A DNA stretch of 64,000 nt. Source: an uncultured delta proteobacterium. GTDB lineage: Bacteria; Myxococcota_A; Polyangia; Fen-1088. Numbering within the stretch: the first letter of the stretch is position 1; every line of letters begins with the position of its first letter. A program made the translations under genes and the position numbers. Positions 50,278 to 61,689 of this stretch are shown piece by piece. The stretch lies in NCBI GenBank assembly GCA_963737265.1, contig CAVTRY010000011.1, positions 384,001 through 448,000 of the forward strand. The letters run 5' to 3'. Under the pieces are notes generated by a model. That model searched no databases. It worked only from the letters and a program-made list of their open reading frames with translations, and was not told the origin of the DNA.

Positions 50278-51831
50278 ATGAGCAGAATAGCAGACGTATT
50301 TATTCCTCTCGATGCACGCGACGAGCCCGTAGAGCGCTCGGTTTCTCGCGCGCTTGGAATTCCACTCGGCTCCATACGCGCGGTCCGCGTGCTTCGCCGA
50401 TCTCTCGATGCTCGTAAGGCGCAGACGATCGGCTATCGCCTGCGTGTGGAGGTGGTTCGCGACGGAGAAAGCGATCCGGTGGTGACGCCTGCTATCGCGC
50501 CCACGTGGCCAAAATCGCTTCCCTGTCCGCGCGTGGTGATCGTCGGTTCAGGCCCCGCAGGATCGTGGGCCGCGCTTCGTCTCGCCGAGGCTGGTGTTCC
50601 GTCGACGATTCTCGAACGTGGCAAGCCCGTGCAACCGCGGCGGCACGATCTCGCAGGCGTGCAGCGCGGGCGCCTCGATGTGGATTCGAATTATTGCTTC
50701 GGCGAAGGCGGTGCTGGCACGTACTCCGACGGGAAGCTTTACACACGCACCAAGGATCGCGGCACCGTGGACGGCGTGCTCGCAGATCTGGTCAGGTTCG
50801 GAGCACCGCCGGACATCACCGTCGAATCGCGACCGCACGTCGGATCCAATCGCCTACCCAAGGTGCTTTCCGAGCTGCGGACATTCTTGGAGAGCCGAGG
50901 TGTGACGTACAAGTTCTCATCGGCGTTTGCCGCGATTGTCGCACGCGAAGGACGCGTGCGTGGCGTGCGCACGCGCGACGGCGAGGAGGTTTCCGCGGAT
51001 ATTGTGGTCTTGGCTTGCGGTCACTCCGCGCGGGATGTGTACCGCTGGGCCGCTGCCGCCGGTGTGGCCATCGAGCGCAAAGGCAGTGCCGTGGGTGTCC
51101 GCCTGGAACATCCCCAGCCGGTCATCAATCGCATCCAGTACGGCAAGGCCGCGGCCGACGAAAGGTTGCCCCCGGCTTTTTATGAGGTGAGCGCGATGGG
51201 CGCGCATCGCGGGGTTTACAGCTTCTGCATGTGTCCGGGCGGATTCATCGTGCCGGCGGCCACTGAGTCGGACGGCGTGGTGGTGAACGGCATGAGCCTG
51301 TCCCGGCGCGACTCGCCCTTCGCCAATGCCGCCATCGTCGTCGCGTTGCAGGCCGAAGACTTTGGCGAGCCATCCCGTGGTGTGCTGGCTGGAATCGATT
51401 TCCAGCGGCGAATCGAGCAAGCTGCGTTCGTCGCGGGCGGTGGAGCCTTTCGCGCGCCAGCGCAGCGGTTGGTGGATTTTCTCGCGCGTCGGCCAAGCAC
51501 GTCCCTGCCGGCAACGAGCTATCACCCTGGCGTGATGGCCATGGCGCTGGATGAGGTGCTGCCTCCCTTCGTAACAGCGTCGCTACGTGATGGGCTGGCC
51601 GCCATCGCCGCGCGCCTGCGAGGTTTCCTGCACGAGGAGGCTGTGCTGGTGGCCGCCGAGACGCGAACCAGCGCCCCGGTGCGAATCGTTCGCGACCCGA
51701 CCACGCTGGAATCACCGTCGCTGGCGGGACTCTACCCAGCCGGCGAGGGCGCGGGCTACGCCGGCGGGATTGTCAGCGCGGCCATCGACGGCACCCGCAT
51801 TGCCCAAGCCATCCTGGCGCGCGGCCGGTAG
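50278..51831 (+). CDS. FAD-dependent oxidoreductase (COG2509 type)
   Basis: IVGSGPAG, FGEGGAGTYSDGKL, SFCMCPGG, GEGAGYAGGIVSAAIDG. Confidence 0.9.
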   Translation: MSRIADVFIPLDARDEPVERSVSRALGIPLGSIRAVRVLRRSLDARKAQTIGYRLRVEVVRDGESDPVVTPAIAPTWPKSLPCPRVVIVGSGPAGSWAALRLAEAGVPSTILERGKPVQPRRHDLAGVQRGRLDVDSNYCFGEGGAGTYSDGKLYTRTKDRGTVDGVLADLVRFGAPPDITVESRPHVGSNRLPKVLSELRTFLESRGVTYKFSSAFAAIVAREGRVRGVRTRDGEEVSADIVVLACGHSARDVYRWAAAAGVAIERKGSAVGVRLEHPQPVINRIQYGKAAADERLPPAFYEVSAMGAHRGVYSFCMCPGGFIVPAATESDGVVVNGMSLSRRDSPFANAAIVVALQAEDFGEPSRGVLAGIDFQRRIEQAAFVAGGGAFRAPAQRLVDFLARRPSTSLPATSYHPGVMAMALDEVLPPFVTASLRDGLAAIAARLRGFLHEEAVLVAAETRTSAPVRIVRDPTTLESPSLAGLYPAGEGAGYAGGIVSAAIDGTRIAQAILARGR

Positions 51832-51843
51832 CGGAACACCTGG

Positions 51844-52311
51844 TCAGGGGCGAAACGGATCGTCCTTCTCATCGGGCGAGAGTGGGGCCGGGCCGTCGTC
51901 GTCCTCGGCCGATCCTTGGTCGTCGTCGCCCAGGGCTTCCATTTCCGCTCCGGCGGGCAGAATCGAACCGTCGAGATAGCGCAGGAACATGTCGAGGAAG
52001 GAAGACTGCTTGGTCGAAAGACCGTCGAACATGGCGCCGACTTGAAAGGATTTGGCAATCGCCGTGCACCAAACCACGCGGGCTTGCAACGGCAAGGGTT
52101 CGGACGCGGAGCCGGGTCCGAGCAAGAGGATGAGGTCGATGAGGAGCTTTTCGCCCGATGCCAGGGGATCCGTCGTGATGACACAGATCCCTGAGCGCGA
52201 GAGATCGCGGGTGCGCGCAACCAATTTTCGCCCGTCCGCCGCGCAGACGTTGGCTTCAACATCGACGTGAACTCGGGGATAGCGACGAAGCTCTCTGGTT
52301 GATGCGGTCAT
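51844..52311 (-). CDS. PilZ-domain c-di-GMP receptor
   Basis: RRYPR and DLSRSG motifs. Confidence 0.88.
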   Translation of the reverse strand: MTASTRELRRYPRVHVDVEANVCAADGRKLVARTRDLSRSGICVITTDPLASGEKLLIDLILLLGPGSASEPLPLQARVVWCTAIAKSFQVGAMFDGLSTKQSSFLDMFLRYLDGSILPAGAEMEALGDDDQGSAEDDDGPAPLSPDEKDDPFRP

Positions 52312-54182
52312 CGGACGCCCGTGGATTTGCCAGCTGTGCAGGTCGAGAAAGCGCCGGACGACATGGCGTCAAGCTCGGCCTCGATTTCGCCAACGCGAAG
52401 CTGACGGTGCAGTTGACCGTCTCGATCGGTCTTTCGATCGCTCACCATGTCAACCATCGTCCGGCGACGCTCGAAGTAAAGCCGGTTCATTGTCGTCTCG
52501 ATATCACGTCTTAGTTCCGCCATGTGCAACGCCTGCGTTTGTGCCGCGAGCTCTTCGGACGAGAAGACCAGTCTGGCCAGATCCCAGGTGGCTCGCGCCT
52601 CGTATCGTATGTCATTTACGGTATCGATCCCAACTGGAGAAGCCAGTGCCGTCGACGAACTATTCAAATCGAGCGACTCGCTGCGGCCGTAGCGCCGAGC
52701 CACGAGCACGCGCAGCTCTGGTAGCCAGGCAGCGCGGCCCGCGCGCACGACGTAGGAAAGGGCGCGTTCAGGCTCGGCCATGGCGAGCTCCACCGCCTTC
52801 CGTCTGGCGTCTGTGAGGCAGGCACGGTCGCTATCGCGCAGATCCACCGTTGGCTCAGCCGGTCGCGGCGCCGTGGGTGGAGATTCTGGGACGCCATCGT
52901 CGAGCACGGTCGTCGCGGAAATCGGGATTGTCAGTTGCGGTTTCACGTCGAGGGGAAAGCTGGCAAACGCCAAGGCCTGCCACTGATGTCCGTCGGGCGC
53001 GAAAGCAGCTTGTCCCTGCACCGCCACCTTCGGCATCCAAGATGTCCACAGACTAGGCTTGCGCTCGGCACGACTTCGGGGGGTGTGCGTGCTTCGCACG
53101 GGCGTCGTGTGCGTGCGTGTCTCGCCGTCGCTGGACGAGTAAAGACCATCGCTGGTCGCGAGCCAGACGTGGTGAGCACTGACGGCCACGTCCAGCGGGA
53201 TGGTCCCAGCTGGCAGCGCGATCGATTCCCAGTGGCGGCCCTCATCGGCCGAGGCAAACATCCCTTGGCCCAAGGATATCCAAGGCGCGCGGGCAGCGGC
53301 CGGGCATACGAGCTTTCGCGCCCGGTGAGAGTTGGCGCGCATTTCCGCATGGCCATCCGGCGACAGCACCAAGAGTCCCTCGGCCATCATCACGACCAGG
53401 GTTTCACCGCAATAGACCACGTCGATTGCGGTGGCGCTGTCGAGCGAATGCGCTTCGCCGTTTGCGTCGACCCAGCCGACGCTCGCGGAGGTTGTCCATG
53501 CCACGCGCTGGCCGCTCAACGAGATCGCAATATCTTTAGCGACAGACGACAGCTCGGTGGACCGCCGTGTGCCGTTCACGGTGGAGAGCAAGTCGAGGGT
53601 GTTCCCGTGATCGACGAGAAGCCACTGCGCGGCTGCCGCCAGGGCGGAACCCCAGGCCTCACGACCGAAGGCACGCAGCAGTCGACCGTCGGAGTCGAAG
53701 CGAAATGCCCCACGGTTGCCGGAGATCCAGATGTCGGTCGCGGTGGCGGCGAGCATCAGCGACGAATTGGGCGCAGCTTCCGCCCGCACTGGTTGCGACC
53801 GCTTCAACCGGCGCTGCGCCAGCGTACTTTCGCCATCGAGAATCTCTTCGGCATAATCGGTGCCGCGATCGGCTTCGGGCACGTCGAGAAAATCCAGAAT
53901 CTGCTCGGCTTCACGCTTGGTTGCGCCCGTGGCTGGAGCCCTGTCGACATCCTTGTCGACATCGGGCCTTGCCAAACGATGCAACGGGTGTCCATCTTCG
54001 CGCAGGATCCACGCTTCGCCGTGGCGAAGCACGGAAACATAGGCGTCGGAGGCGACGACCCGTTCTGTGGACCCTGAAAGAACCGGGACCCAACCTGCGT
54101 GCGCGGTACCTGGCAACGCAGCGGTCGTAATGAATGTGGTGAGATGGGCGGCGATGAGGACGACGACGTTCGATGGACGCAT
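52308..54182 (-). CDS. Hypothetical exported protein with beta-propeller-like region and helical TolC-like C-terminal part
   Basis: Signal peptide, SADEGRHW (BNR-like), RAAWLPELRV...ATWDLARLVF...RLYFERRR. Confidence 0.6.
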   Translation of the reverse strand: MRPSNVVVLIAAHLTTFITTAALPGTAHAGWVPVLSGSTERVVASDAYVSVLRHGEAWILREDGHPLHRLARPDVDKDVDRAPATGATKREAEQILDFLDVPEADRGTDYAEEILDGESTLAQRRLKRSQPVRAEAAPNSSLMLAATATDIWISGNRGAFRFDSDGRLLRAFGREAWGSALAAAAQWLLVDHGNTLDLLSTVNGTRRSTELSSVAKDIAISLSGQRVAWTTSASVGWVDANGEAHSLDSATAIDVVYCGETLVVMMAEGLLVLSPDGHAEMRANSHRARKLVCPAAARAPWISLGQGMFASADEGRHWESIALPAGTIPLDVAVSAHHVWLATSDGLYSSSDGETRTHTTPVRSTHTPRSRAERKPSLWTSWMPKVAVQGQAAFAPDGHQWQALAFASFPLDVKPQLTIPISATTVLDDGVPESPPTAPRPAEPTVDLRDSDRACLTDARRKAVELAMAEPERALSYVVRAGRAAWLPELRVLVARRYGRSESLDLNSSSTALASPVGIDTVNDIRYEARATWDLARLVFSSEELAAQTQALHMAELRRDIETTMNRLYFERRRTMVDMVSDRKTDRDGQLHRQLRVGEIEAELDAMSSGAFSTCTAGKSTGVR

Positions 54183-54194
54183 GCTTTCGCCTAA

Positions 54195-54210
54195 AGCAAC
54201 CGGCGTGCCG
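54195..54210 (-). promoter_or_regulatory. Sigma54 (-24/-12) promoter
   Basis: CGGCACGCCGGTTGCT (GG-N10-GC) just upstream of ATG 54182. Confidence 0.6.
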
Positions 54211-54332
54211 TGCCTTCGCGATGAAGCAGTCGGCCTCGCACTACAGAAAGGCTCGCCAGGCCGGACGCATTCCAGCCGGGCGCCGTCCGGTGTTCGGTCA
54301 GCGCACGATGGCCGACCGGCGTGGGCGCTTCG

Positions 54333-55928
54333 TCATGTCGCTGCGATCCGCGTGTCTTGCTCGAAACCCTTGGACAGCAGCGGGACAAACGGATGCGCGC
54401 TCAAAACCAGGGCCGCCACCGTGGCGGACATCTCCCAGCGGAAGATCTCGGCGGCGAGGTCGTACTTGTCGCGCACACCGATTTGGATGAACGGGTGCCC
54501 GGCGAGGTGCAATGCCTCCTGCTGTTCGGTCGAAATGGCCGGTGGGTCATTCGCTGCCTGCAACTGGACGAAGACCCGGTCGGGTGGATAGCGATCGAGG
54601 AGCGGTTCGCCCGCCGCGGAAATGATGCCCCTCCCGTGGTCGCGCGTCGAAGCCGACAGCAGTTGCGAGATCCATGGCCCAAGCGAGAGCAAGGACGGCG
54701 AGGCAAGGATGGTCACCTTGTTTCGCCCGTGCTTGGCCATGGCACCCAGCAGAACCCCGAGGCTCGTGCCGGGATTACTCTCTAGCTGGTCGCCTCGACA
54801 GACCTCGGCCATCGCTCTGGCGCGCGCCAAGAGTCGAGCGAGATCGAGTCCGAGCAGCGCCGCCGGCACGAGTCCCGCAAATCCAAGGGCGCCGAAGCAT
54901 TCGCCGAGGTCGGCGGGATCGAGAAATGTGGCGCGATAGCGGTGGGCTCGGGCAATCTGTTCCAGACTGTTTCCAGGGGTCGTGATGGCCACGAAATGCT
55001 GACCGGCACGTTGGGCGTCGCCGTCGCACCGGTCGAGGAACTTCTGCCAAAGCTGACTTTCCGAAACCTCGACGGCGCCGCTCGTGTCCGAGGTTGAAAC
55101 CGTGAGCACCAAGGCGCTGTCAAGGTGAAGGGAATGTGCCAGGTCGTTGACAGTCGCAGGCGGGCTTCCGTCGAGAAAGTGCAGGCGAATGGCGCCCGCG
55201 CCCCAGACGCGATTCACCGTCGCGACCGCCGACTTGCGCTCGGTTCCGGCGAGAACAACCGCATCCTTGAAGCCTGCGATCCGCACTTCGTCGACGAACT
55301 TGGCGATATCAGGCAGCCTGGCTTCCATCTCGTCCGGCAGAGACAGCCACGCGGAAGAGCGTGCAGCGCCGACGGAAAGAACCGTGGGCTCCCTTTTCCA
55401 GATGCTTCCCGGAATCCCGCGCGCCACTAGATCCAGCCGTTCGCTCTCGGTAACGAATGCCACGGCCGAGGCGGTCTCGATGGCGGCGACCTTGGCAATG
55501 CGGCGGGCGTGGCGGCCTCCCGCGAATCCGGTCGCCAGCCAGGTATCGACGATGGCGAACGCTTCCTTTTCCGAAAGCAGGCGACCGCCCAGGCAGAGCA
55601 GGTTGGCATCGTTGTCGAAGCGCGAGAGGCGAGCCGCCTCGACCGTCGCTGGCACCACGGCGCGGATGCCGCGGACCTTGCCGGCGGCGATGGCCATGCC
55701 CTGTCCGGTGGCACACACCAGAATTCCCAGCGAGCCTGGATCGCCGCGTACCGCATTCGCCACGGCGCTGGCGATCTCGGGGTAGTCGCACGCCGCCTCC
55801 GAGTCGGTTCCAAGATCCACGATCTGTCGTCCTTGGGCGCGCAGGCGCGCGACCAAGTTGTTGCGTAGACTAAAGCCCGCATGATCGCAACCGACGTAGA
55901 CTCTCACGTAGACTCTCACGACGTCCAT
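54333..55928 (-). CDS. rpiB: Ribose-5-phosphate isomerase B fused to a degenerate PGI/SIS domain
   Basis: GCDHAG, DYPE, LVCATGQG, FAGGRHARR; then HFVAITTPG, FGALGFAGLVPAALLG, EIFRWEM. Confidence 0.8.
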   Translation of the reverse strand: MDVVRVYVRVYVGCDHAGFSLRNNLVARLRAQGRQIVDLGTDSEAACDYPEIASAVANAVRGDPGSLGILVCATGQGMAIAAGKVRGIRAVVPATVEAARLSRFDNDANLLCLGGRLLSEKEAFAIVDTWLATGFAGGRHARRIAKVAAIETASAVAFVTESERLDLVARGIPGSIWKREPTVLSVGAARSSAWLSLPDEMEARLPDIAKFVDEVRIAGFKDAVVLAGTERKSAVATVNRVWGAGAIRLHFLDGSPPATVNDLAHSLHLDSALVLTVSTSDTSGAVEVSESQLWQKFLDRCDGDAQRAGQHFVAITTPGNSLEQIARAHRYRATFLDPADLGECFGALGFAGLVPAALLGLDLARLLARARAMAEVCRGDQLESNPGTSLGVLLGAMAKHGRNKVTILASPSLLSLGPWISQLLSASTRDHGRGIISAAGEPLLDRYPPDRVFVQLQAANDPPAISTEQQEALHLAGHPFIQIGVRDKYDLAAEIFRWEMSATVAALVLSAHPFVPLLSKGFEQDTRIAAT

Positions 55929-55948
55929 GGCGCCCTCCCGGTGTCAGC

Positions 55949-56716
55949 ATGAAGATAGCAACCTGGAACGTCAATTCCATTCGCAAGCGGCTCGATCGCG
56001 TTATTCCGTGGCTCGCTGAGCATGGTCCGGATGTGCTGTGCCTGCAGGAAACCAAGGTCGACGACGATACATTCCCGCGCGCTGAAATCGAGGCCGCCGG
56101 CTACCACGTGCTCTGTCACGGCCAGAAGGCCTACAACGGGGTGGCGCTGCTGACGCGAGAACCAGCGCGCGATCCGGTGCGAGGATTCGGCGATGAGGTG
56201 CAAGATTCGCAGGCGCGGTTTCTCTTGGCGACGGTCGGCGACATGAGGGTGGGTACGTTGTATGTGCCAAACGGGCAGGAGGTTGGGTCGGAAAAGTTTC
56301 GTTACAAGTTGGACTGGCTGAAAAGGTGGCAACGATGGCTGCTGGCTCATGGCGATGCGGGCGCGCCGCTGGCGCTCTGCGGTGACATCAACATCGCCCC
56401 CGACGATCGAGATGTGTACGATCCGGTGGCGTGGAAGGATCACGTTCTTTGCCACCCCGACGAACGTGCCGCTCTGTCCGAGGTCTGCCGGTGGGGACTT
56501 GCCGACGTGTTTCGCCAGCACCACGCTGAAGCCGGACTTTACTCGTGGTGGGACTTTCGCCAGCTTTGCTTCCCCAAGAATATGGGGCTGCGCATCGACC
56601 TCATTCTGTGCTCGGCACCGCTGGCCGCTCGCTGTACGTCGGCCATCATCGACCGCAACGCCCGCAAGGGCGCGGCCCCGTCCGATCACGCACCTGTCAT
56701 TGCAGAGTTCAAGTAA
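55949..56716 (+). CDS. xth: Exodeoxyribonuclease III
   Basis: ATWNVNS, LQETK, YVPNG, GDINIA, GLRID, SDHAPV. Confidence 0.95.
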   Translation: MKIATWNVNSIRKRLDRVIPWLAEHGPDVLCLQETKVDDDTFPRAEIEAAGYHVLCHGQKAYNGVALLTREPARDPVRGFGDEVQDSQARFLLATVGDMRVGTLYVPNGQEVGSEKFRYKLDWLKRWQRWLLAHGDAGAPLALCGDINIAPDDRDVYDPVAWKDHVLCHPDERAALSEVCRWGLADVFRQHHAEAGLYSWWDFRQLCFPKNMGLRIDLILCSAPLAARCTSAIIDRNARKGAAPSDHAPVIAEFK

Positions 56717-56732
56717 AACTTGAAGTCGTATG

Positions 56733-57902
56733 CTAGAACCAGCGGCGAAAGCCGTACGCCAACCGTTCCAGCAGGCGAACCAGCAGCGACCGTCGCCGGA
56801 AGACGTCCCAGCGCACCTCTTCGCTGGCGGCCATGTCCGCCTCCAGCATGGCCGCGACTTTGGCGTTCAAGGTCCGGTCCAAGGCATTGACGACCAATTC
56901 CAGGTTGTAGACCAGGGAGCGGTGGTCGACGTTGTAGCTGCCCACCGAGACGAAGTCCTCATCCACCAGCAGGGCCTTGGTGTGCACCACAGGGCGATGT
57001 TGGAAGATGCGCACACCGGCCCGCAGGAGGCGGCCGTAGGTGAATCGGGACGCCAAGTCCACGGTGTGCGTGTCGCTCTGCCGGGGCACCAGGACGCGAA
57101 CGTCGACACCTCGACTGCGCGCGTACACCAGGCTGCGCACAAAACCGGGATCGGGAACGAAGTACGGGCTGGCGAGAAAAATGCGCTCGACACTGGCCCG
57201 GATCGCGTGTAGGGCGGCCCTGCGGATGGCGAAACGGTCGACAACCTCCCGGTTCGCGATGACTGAAACCGGCACATCGCCGACAGGTGCGGATGTGACG
57301 AGGTGCTTGGCCCCCAAGCCCAGGCGGCGCTTGGTGCGCCAGTTCCACGTGCGCAAGAAGACAGCCTCGATGGTCGCGACCGCCGGGCCGCGAATCTCCA
57401 CCGCGGCGTCGTGCCAACCACCACCGCCTTCGCCCGCGGGAGACCAGTTGTCGGAAATGTTGATACCGCCAGCGAACGCCAGGTTGCCGTCACAAACCAG
57501 CGTCTTGCGATGGTTTCGCCGGATGAGTGTCCAGAAGTGAGGCCGCCAGAAGCGGTAGGGATGGTACGGGATCGCCCAGACTCCCGCCTTGCGCATTCCC
57601 TCGAAGAAGGCGGGCGCGGCGTGGCGGCAGCCCACCGAATCGTAGAGCAGTCGCACCGTCACACCACGGCGAGCGGCGCGTGACAGGGCGTCCGCGAAGC
57701 GCCGGCCGATGCGGTCGTCGTTGAAAATGTACATTTCCATCGCGATTCTCTCGCGAGCGACCTCGATGGCGGCGAGCCAGGCGGGATAGGCCTCGGCGCC
57801 GTTGCGAAGAAGGCGCAGCGAGTTTCCACAGAGTAGGGACTCTGGTTCCTCGACGTAGCGAAGGGCTTGCGCGGGCAGGCCGCTGGGAGTCGGACGGGGC
57901 AA
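56733..57902 (-). CDS. clsB: Cardiolipin synthase B / phospholipase D family
   Basis: Two HxKxxxxD motifs (HRKTLVCD, HTKALLVD), SPYFVP, no N-terminal TM. Confidence 0.85.
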   Translation of the reverse strand: MPRPTPSGLPAQALRYVEEPESLLCGNSLRLLRNGAEAYPAWLAAIEVARERIAMEMYIFNDDRIGRRFADALSRAARRGVTVRLLYDSVGCRHAAPAFFEGMRKAGVWAIPYHPYRFWRPHFWTLIRRNHRKTLVCDGNLAFAGGINISDNWSPAGEGGGGWHDAAVEIRGPAVATIEAVFLRTWNWRTKRRLGLGAKHLVTSAPVGDVPVSVIANREVVDRFAIRRAALHAIRASVERIFLASPYFVPDPGFVRSLVYARSRGVDVRVLVPRQSDTHTVDLASRFTYGRLLRAGVRIFQHRPVVHTKALLVDEDFVSVGSYNVDHRSLVYNLELVVNALDRTLNAKVAAMLEADMAASEEVRWDVFRRRSLLVRLLERLAYGFRRWF

Positions 57903-57946
57903 AGCGAAAGAAGTGTATCAGCACCCCAAAAGAGTCAATTCTCGAT

Positions 57947-57975
57947 TTGACCGGCGCTGAACGACCGAGTAGCCT
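57947..57975 (+). promoter_or_regulatory. Sigma70-type promoter of infA
   Basis: TTGACC-N17-TAGCCT. Confidence 0.45.
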
Positions 57976-57987
57976 CTGACTCCCCGA

Positions 57988-58203
57988 ATGGGACGAGAAG
58001 AACACATAGAATTTCAAGGTCGCGTGATTGAAGTCTTGCCCGCCGGTAACTTCAGGATCGAGCTCGAAAACGGACACCAGGTGCTGGCGCATCTTGGGGG
58101 CAAGCTACGTAAGCACCGCATCCGCATTGTTCTCGGGGACAAAGTGACGGTCGCGCTGACGCCTTACGATCCGACGCGCGGTATCGTGGTCTACCGAGGA
58201 TAG
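57988..58203 (+). CDS. infA: Translation initiation factor IF-1
   Basis: [12 protein letters not shown]...[16 protein letters not shown]...PYDPTRG. Confidence 0.95.
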   Translation: MGREEHIEFQGRVIEVLPAGNFRIELENGHQVLAHLGGKLRKHRIRIVLGDKVTVALTPYDPTRGIVVYRG

Positions 58204-58295
58204 TCAGGGGCGCCAGCCGGCAGCGGGTCGCCGGTTGGTCGCTGGTCAGTCGATAGGCTATTGATCTGCGCGGGGATTTCCCCGCAAATAGGGTC

Positions 58296-59636
<1,341 letters not shown>

Positions 59637-59641
59637 CTAGT

Positions 59642-60955
59642 TTAGTTCCTCTGAAAAAGTGCCGGGTGCGCCATGAAAAATGGAACGGCCTCGGCCATCA
59701 GGTCGAGATCCGGATCAAGCTGTCGGCCGATGCCTTCGGTGACCGCGATGGCGATGTTGACGATGGTGAAGGCGGGCGCCATGCGGACGCGGTGGCGACG
59801 GAGAATTCCCAGCATGTCGAGCAGGAGTTTTCCGGGATGAACCTCGGCCATGCGATGTCCCCAGGTGCGCGCCATGAACTCGACGATGGCGACGCGGAAT
59901 CGCTCGAATGGCTCCGCTCCCGCGATGGGATTCTCGGCCAGGGAATAGAGCAGGTGGGCCATGGTATCGGCGTCGCGCTGGGTCCACGCGGCGAAGAAAC
60001 GCGAGAAGGTCGCGCGATGAGGCGGATCGAGCTCGCCCACGAGCCCAAGATCGACGATGGCGATGCGGTTGTTATCGAGGACGAAGATATTCCCGGGATG
60101 TAAGTCGGCATGAACGAAGCCATCTTCGAAGATCATCTTCATCAAGGCGCGCAGGCCCAGGCGCGCGATTACCCTGGGATCGCTGTGGGTTCGCCGCATG
60201 TCGAGGATCTTCGCGCCCTCGATGTGGGTCATGCATAGGATGCGTTCGGAGGAAAATGTCTCGAAAACCTCGGGAAAAACCACGTCGGGTTCGTTGCGAA
60301 AGTTTTCGCGAAAGCGCCGATTGTTGCGCGCCTCGACGCGGAAATCGAGTTGGGCGTAGATGGCGCGCCCGAACTGTTCGACCGAGGATTCCGGCGCCAC
60401 CGACTCAAGCCAGGGCAGCTTGCCTATGAGGTGGGCCACGAAGCGCATGACCGCCAGGTCGAAGGTGCATATCTGCACCACGTCCGGCCGACGGACTTTG
60501 ACGGCGACCATGCGTCCGTCCGGCAAGCGCGCCTTGTGAACCTGGGCGACCGAGGCCGAGGCGATGGGGCGCGGCGAGAATTCGGCGAAGATCTTGTCGA
60601 TCGGACGGCCGAGATCCTCTTCGATGGTCCGCGCGACGGCATCGTAGGGAAAAGGTCCGACGTCGTCCTGCAGGTGGGCCAGGGCCGACGTGATGTGCTC
60701 CGGGACCAGATCCGGGCGCGTGCTCATGATCTGTCCGACCTTGATGAAGGTCGCGCCGAGATGGCGGAATAGGTCGAGCAAACACTGGGCAAACCAGGCC
60801 TGCCGCCGCGCTTTGCCGGCGAATACCAGCAACAGGACCAGCCATCCCAACCCCCAACGCAGACCTTGCCCGATGAAAAGCGCGCCGATGGCCAACGCCC
60901 GCTGCAACAGGCCCCGAGTGCTCAAACTGGCTCCGTCCATCGCTTGGGCTATCAT
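59642..60955 (-). CDS. ABC1/UbiB-family atypical kinase
   Basis: FIKVGQIMSTRPD, ASASVAQVH, VAVKV, HADLHPGN, DLG. Confidence 0.9.
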   Translation of the reverse strand: MIAQAMDGASLSTRGLLQRALAIGALFIGQGLRWGLGWLVLLLVFAGKARRQAWFAQCLLDLFRHLGATFIKVGQIMSTRPDLVPEHITSALAHLQDDVGPFPYDAVARTIEEDLGRPIDKIFAEFSPRPIASASVAQVHKARLPDGRMVAVKVRRPDVVQICTFDLAVMRFVAHLIGKLPWLESVAPESSVEQFGRAIYAQLDFRVEARNNRRFRENFRNEPDVVFPEVFETFSSERILCMTHIEGAKILDMRRTHSDPRVIARLGLRALMKMIFEDGFVHADLHPGNIFVLDNNRIAIVDLGLVGELDPPHRATFSRFFAAWTQRDADTMAHLLYSLAENPIAGAEPFERFRVAIVEFMARTWGHRMAEVHPGKLLLDMLGILRRHRVRMAPAFTIVNIAIAVTEGIGRQLDPDLDLMAEAVPFFMAHPALFQRN

Positions 60956-60972
60956 TGTTCCACTACGCCAAA

Positions 60973-61680
60973 ATGTCGTCCACTGAACAGCCATCACCTT
61001 ACGCGATTCTCGAAGAGAAACTTGGGTATACCTTTCGCCAGGCCTCCCTGTGCGAAGCCGCGCTTACCCACAGATCCTGGATGAACGAAACCCAGGAAAC
61101 CGCGCGCACGGACAACGAGCGCCTGGAATTCCTGGGCGATGCGGTGCTGGCGCTGGCGACCAGCGATCTCCTGATGAAGCGGCTCCCCGACCAACCCGAG
61201 GGCGAGTTGTCCAAGGCGCGCGCGGCCATCGTGAACGAAGCCGGACTGGCGCGTGTCGCCGACCTGCTGGTGTTGGGGCAATGGATTTTTCTCGGGCGTG
61301 GCGAGGCGCAGGCGGGCGGCCGGCAAAAGCGTTCGCTGCTGGCGAATGCCTTCGAGGCGTTGCTCGGCGCCATCTATCTCGACGGCGGTTTCACGGCGGC
61401 CTTCCAGGTTGTCGAACGTCTGTTCGCGCCCATCATCGCTGACGTGCCCTCGGCCACCAGCAAGGACTACAAGTCGCGTCTGCAGGAACTGGCTCAGGCC
61501 AAGCTTCAGATGGCGCCGACCTACGCCGTTCTTTCCGAGCAGGGCCCCGACCACGCCAAGACCTTCGAGGTCGCGATTCTGATCGGCGACAGGGAATACG
61601 GCCGCGCCTTCGGTCGCTCCAAGAAGGAAGCCCAGCAGAACGCCGCCGAGCTCGCGCTTGCCGTGGTGGAAGGGCAGTAG
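60973..61680 (+). CDS. rnc: Ribonuclease III
   Basis: ALTHRS, NERLEFLGDAVL, dsRBD DYKSRLQE...GRSKKEAQQ. Confidence 0.96.
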   Translation: MSSTEQPSPYAILEEKLGYTFRQASLCEAALTHRSWMNETQETARTDNERLEFLGDAVLALATSDLLMKRLPDQPEGELSKARAAIVNEAGLARVADLLVLGQWIFLGRGEAQAGGRQKRSLLANAFEALLGAIYLDGGFTAAFQVVERLFAPIIADVPSATSKDYKSRLQELAQAKLQMAPTYAVLSEQGPDHAKTFEVAILIGDREYGRAFGRSKKEAQQNAAELALAVVEGQ

Positions 61681-61689
61681 TCGGCTCCG

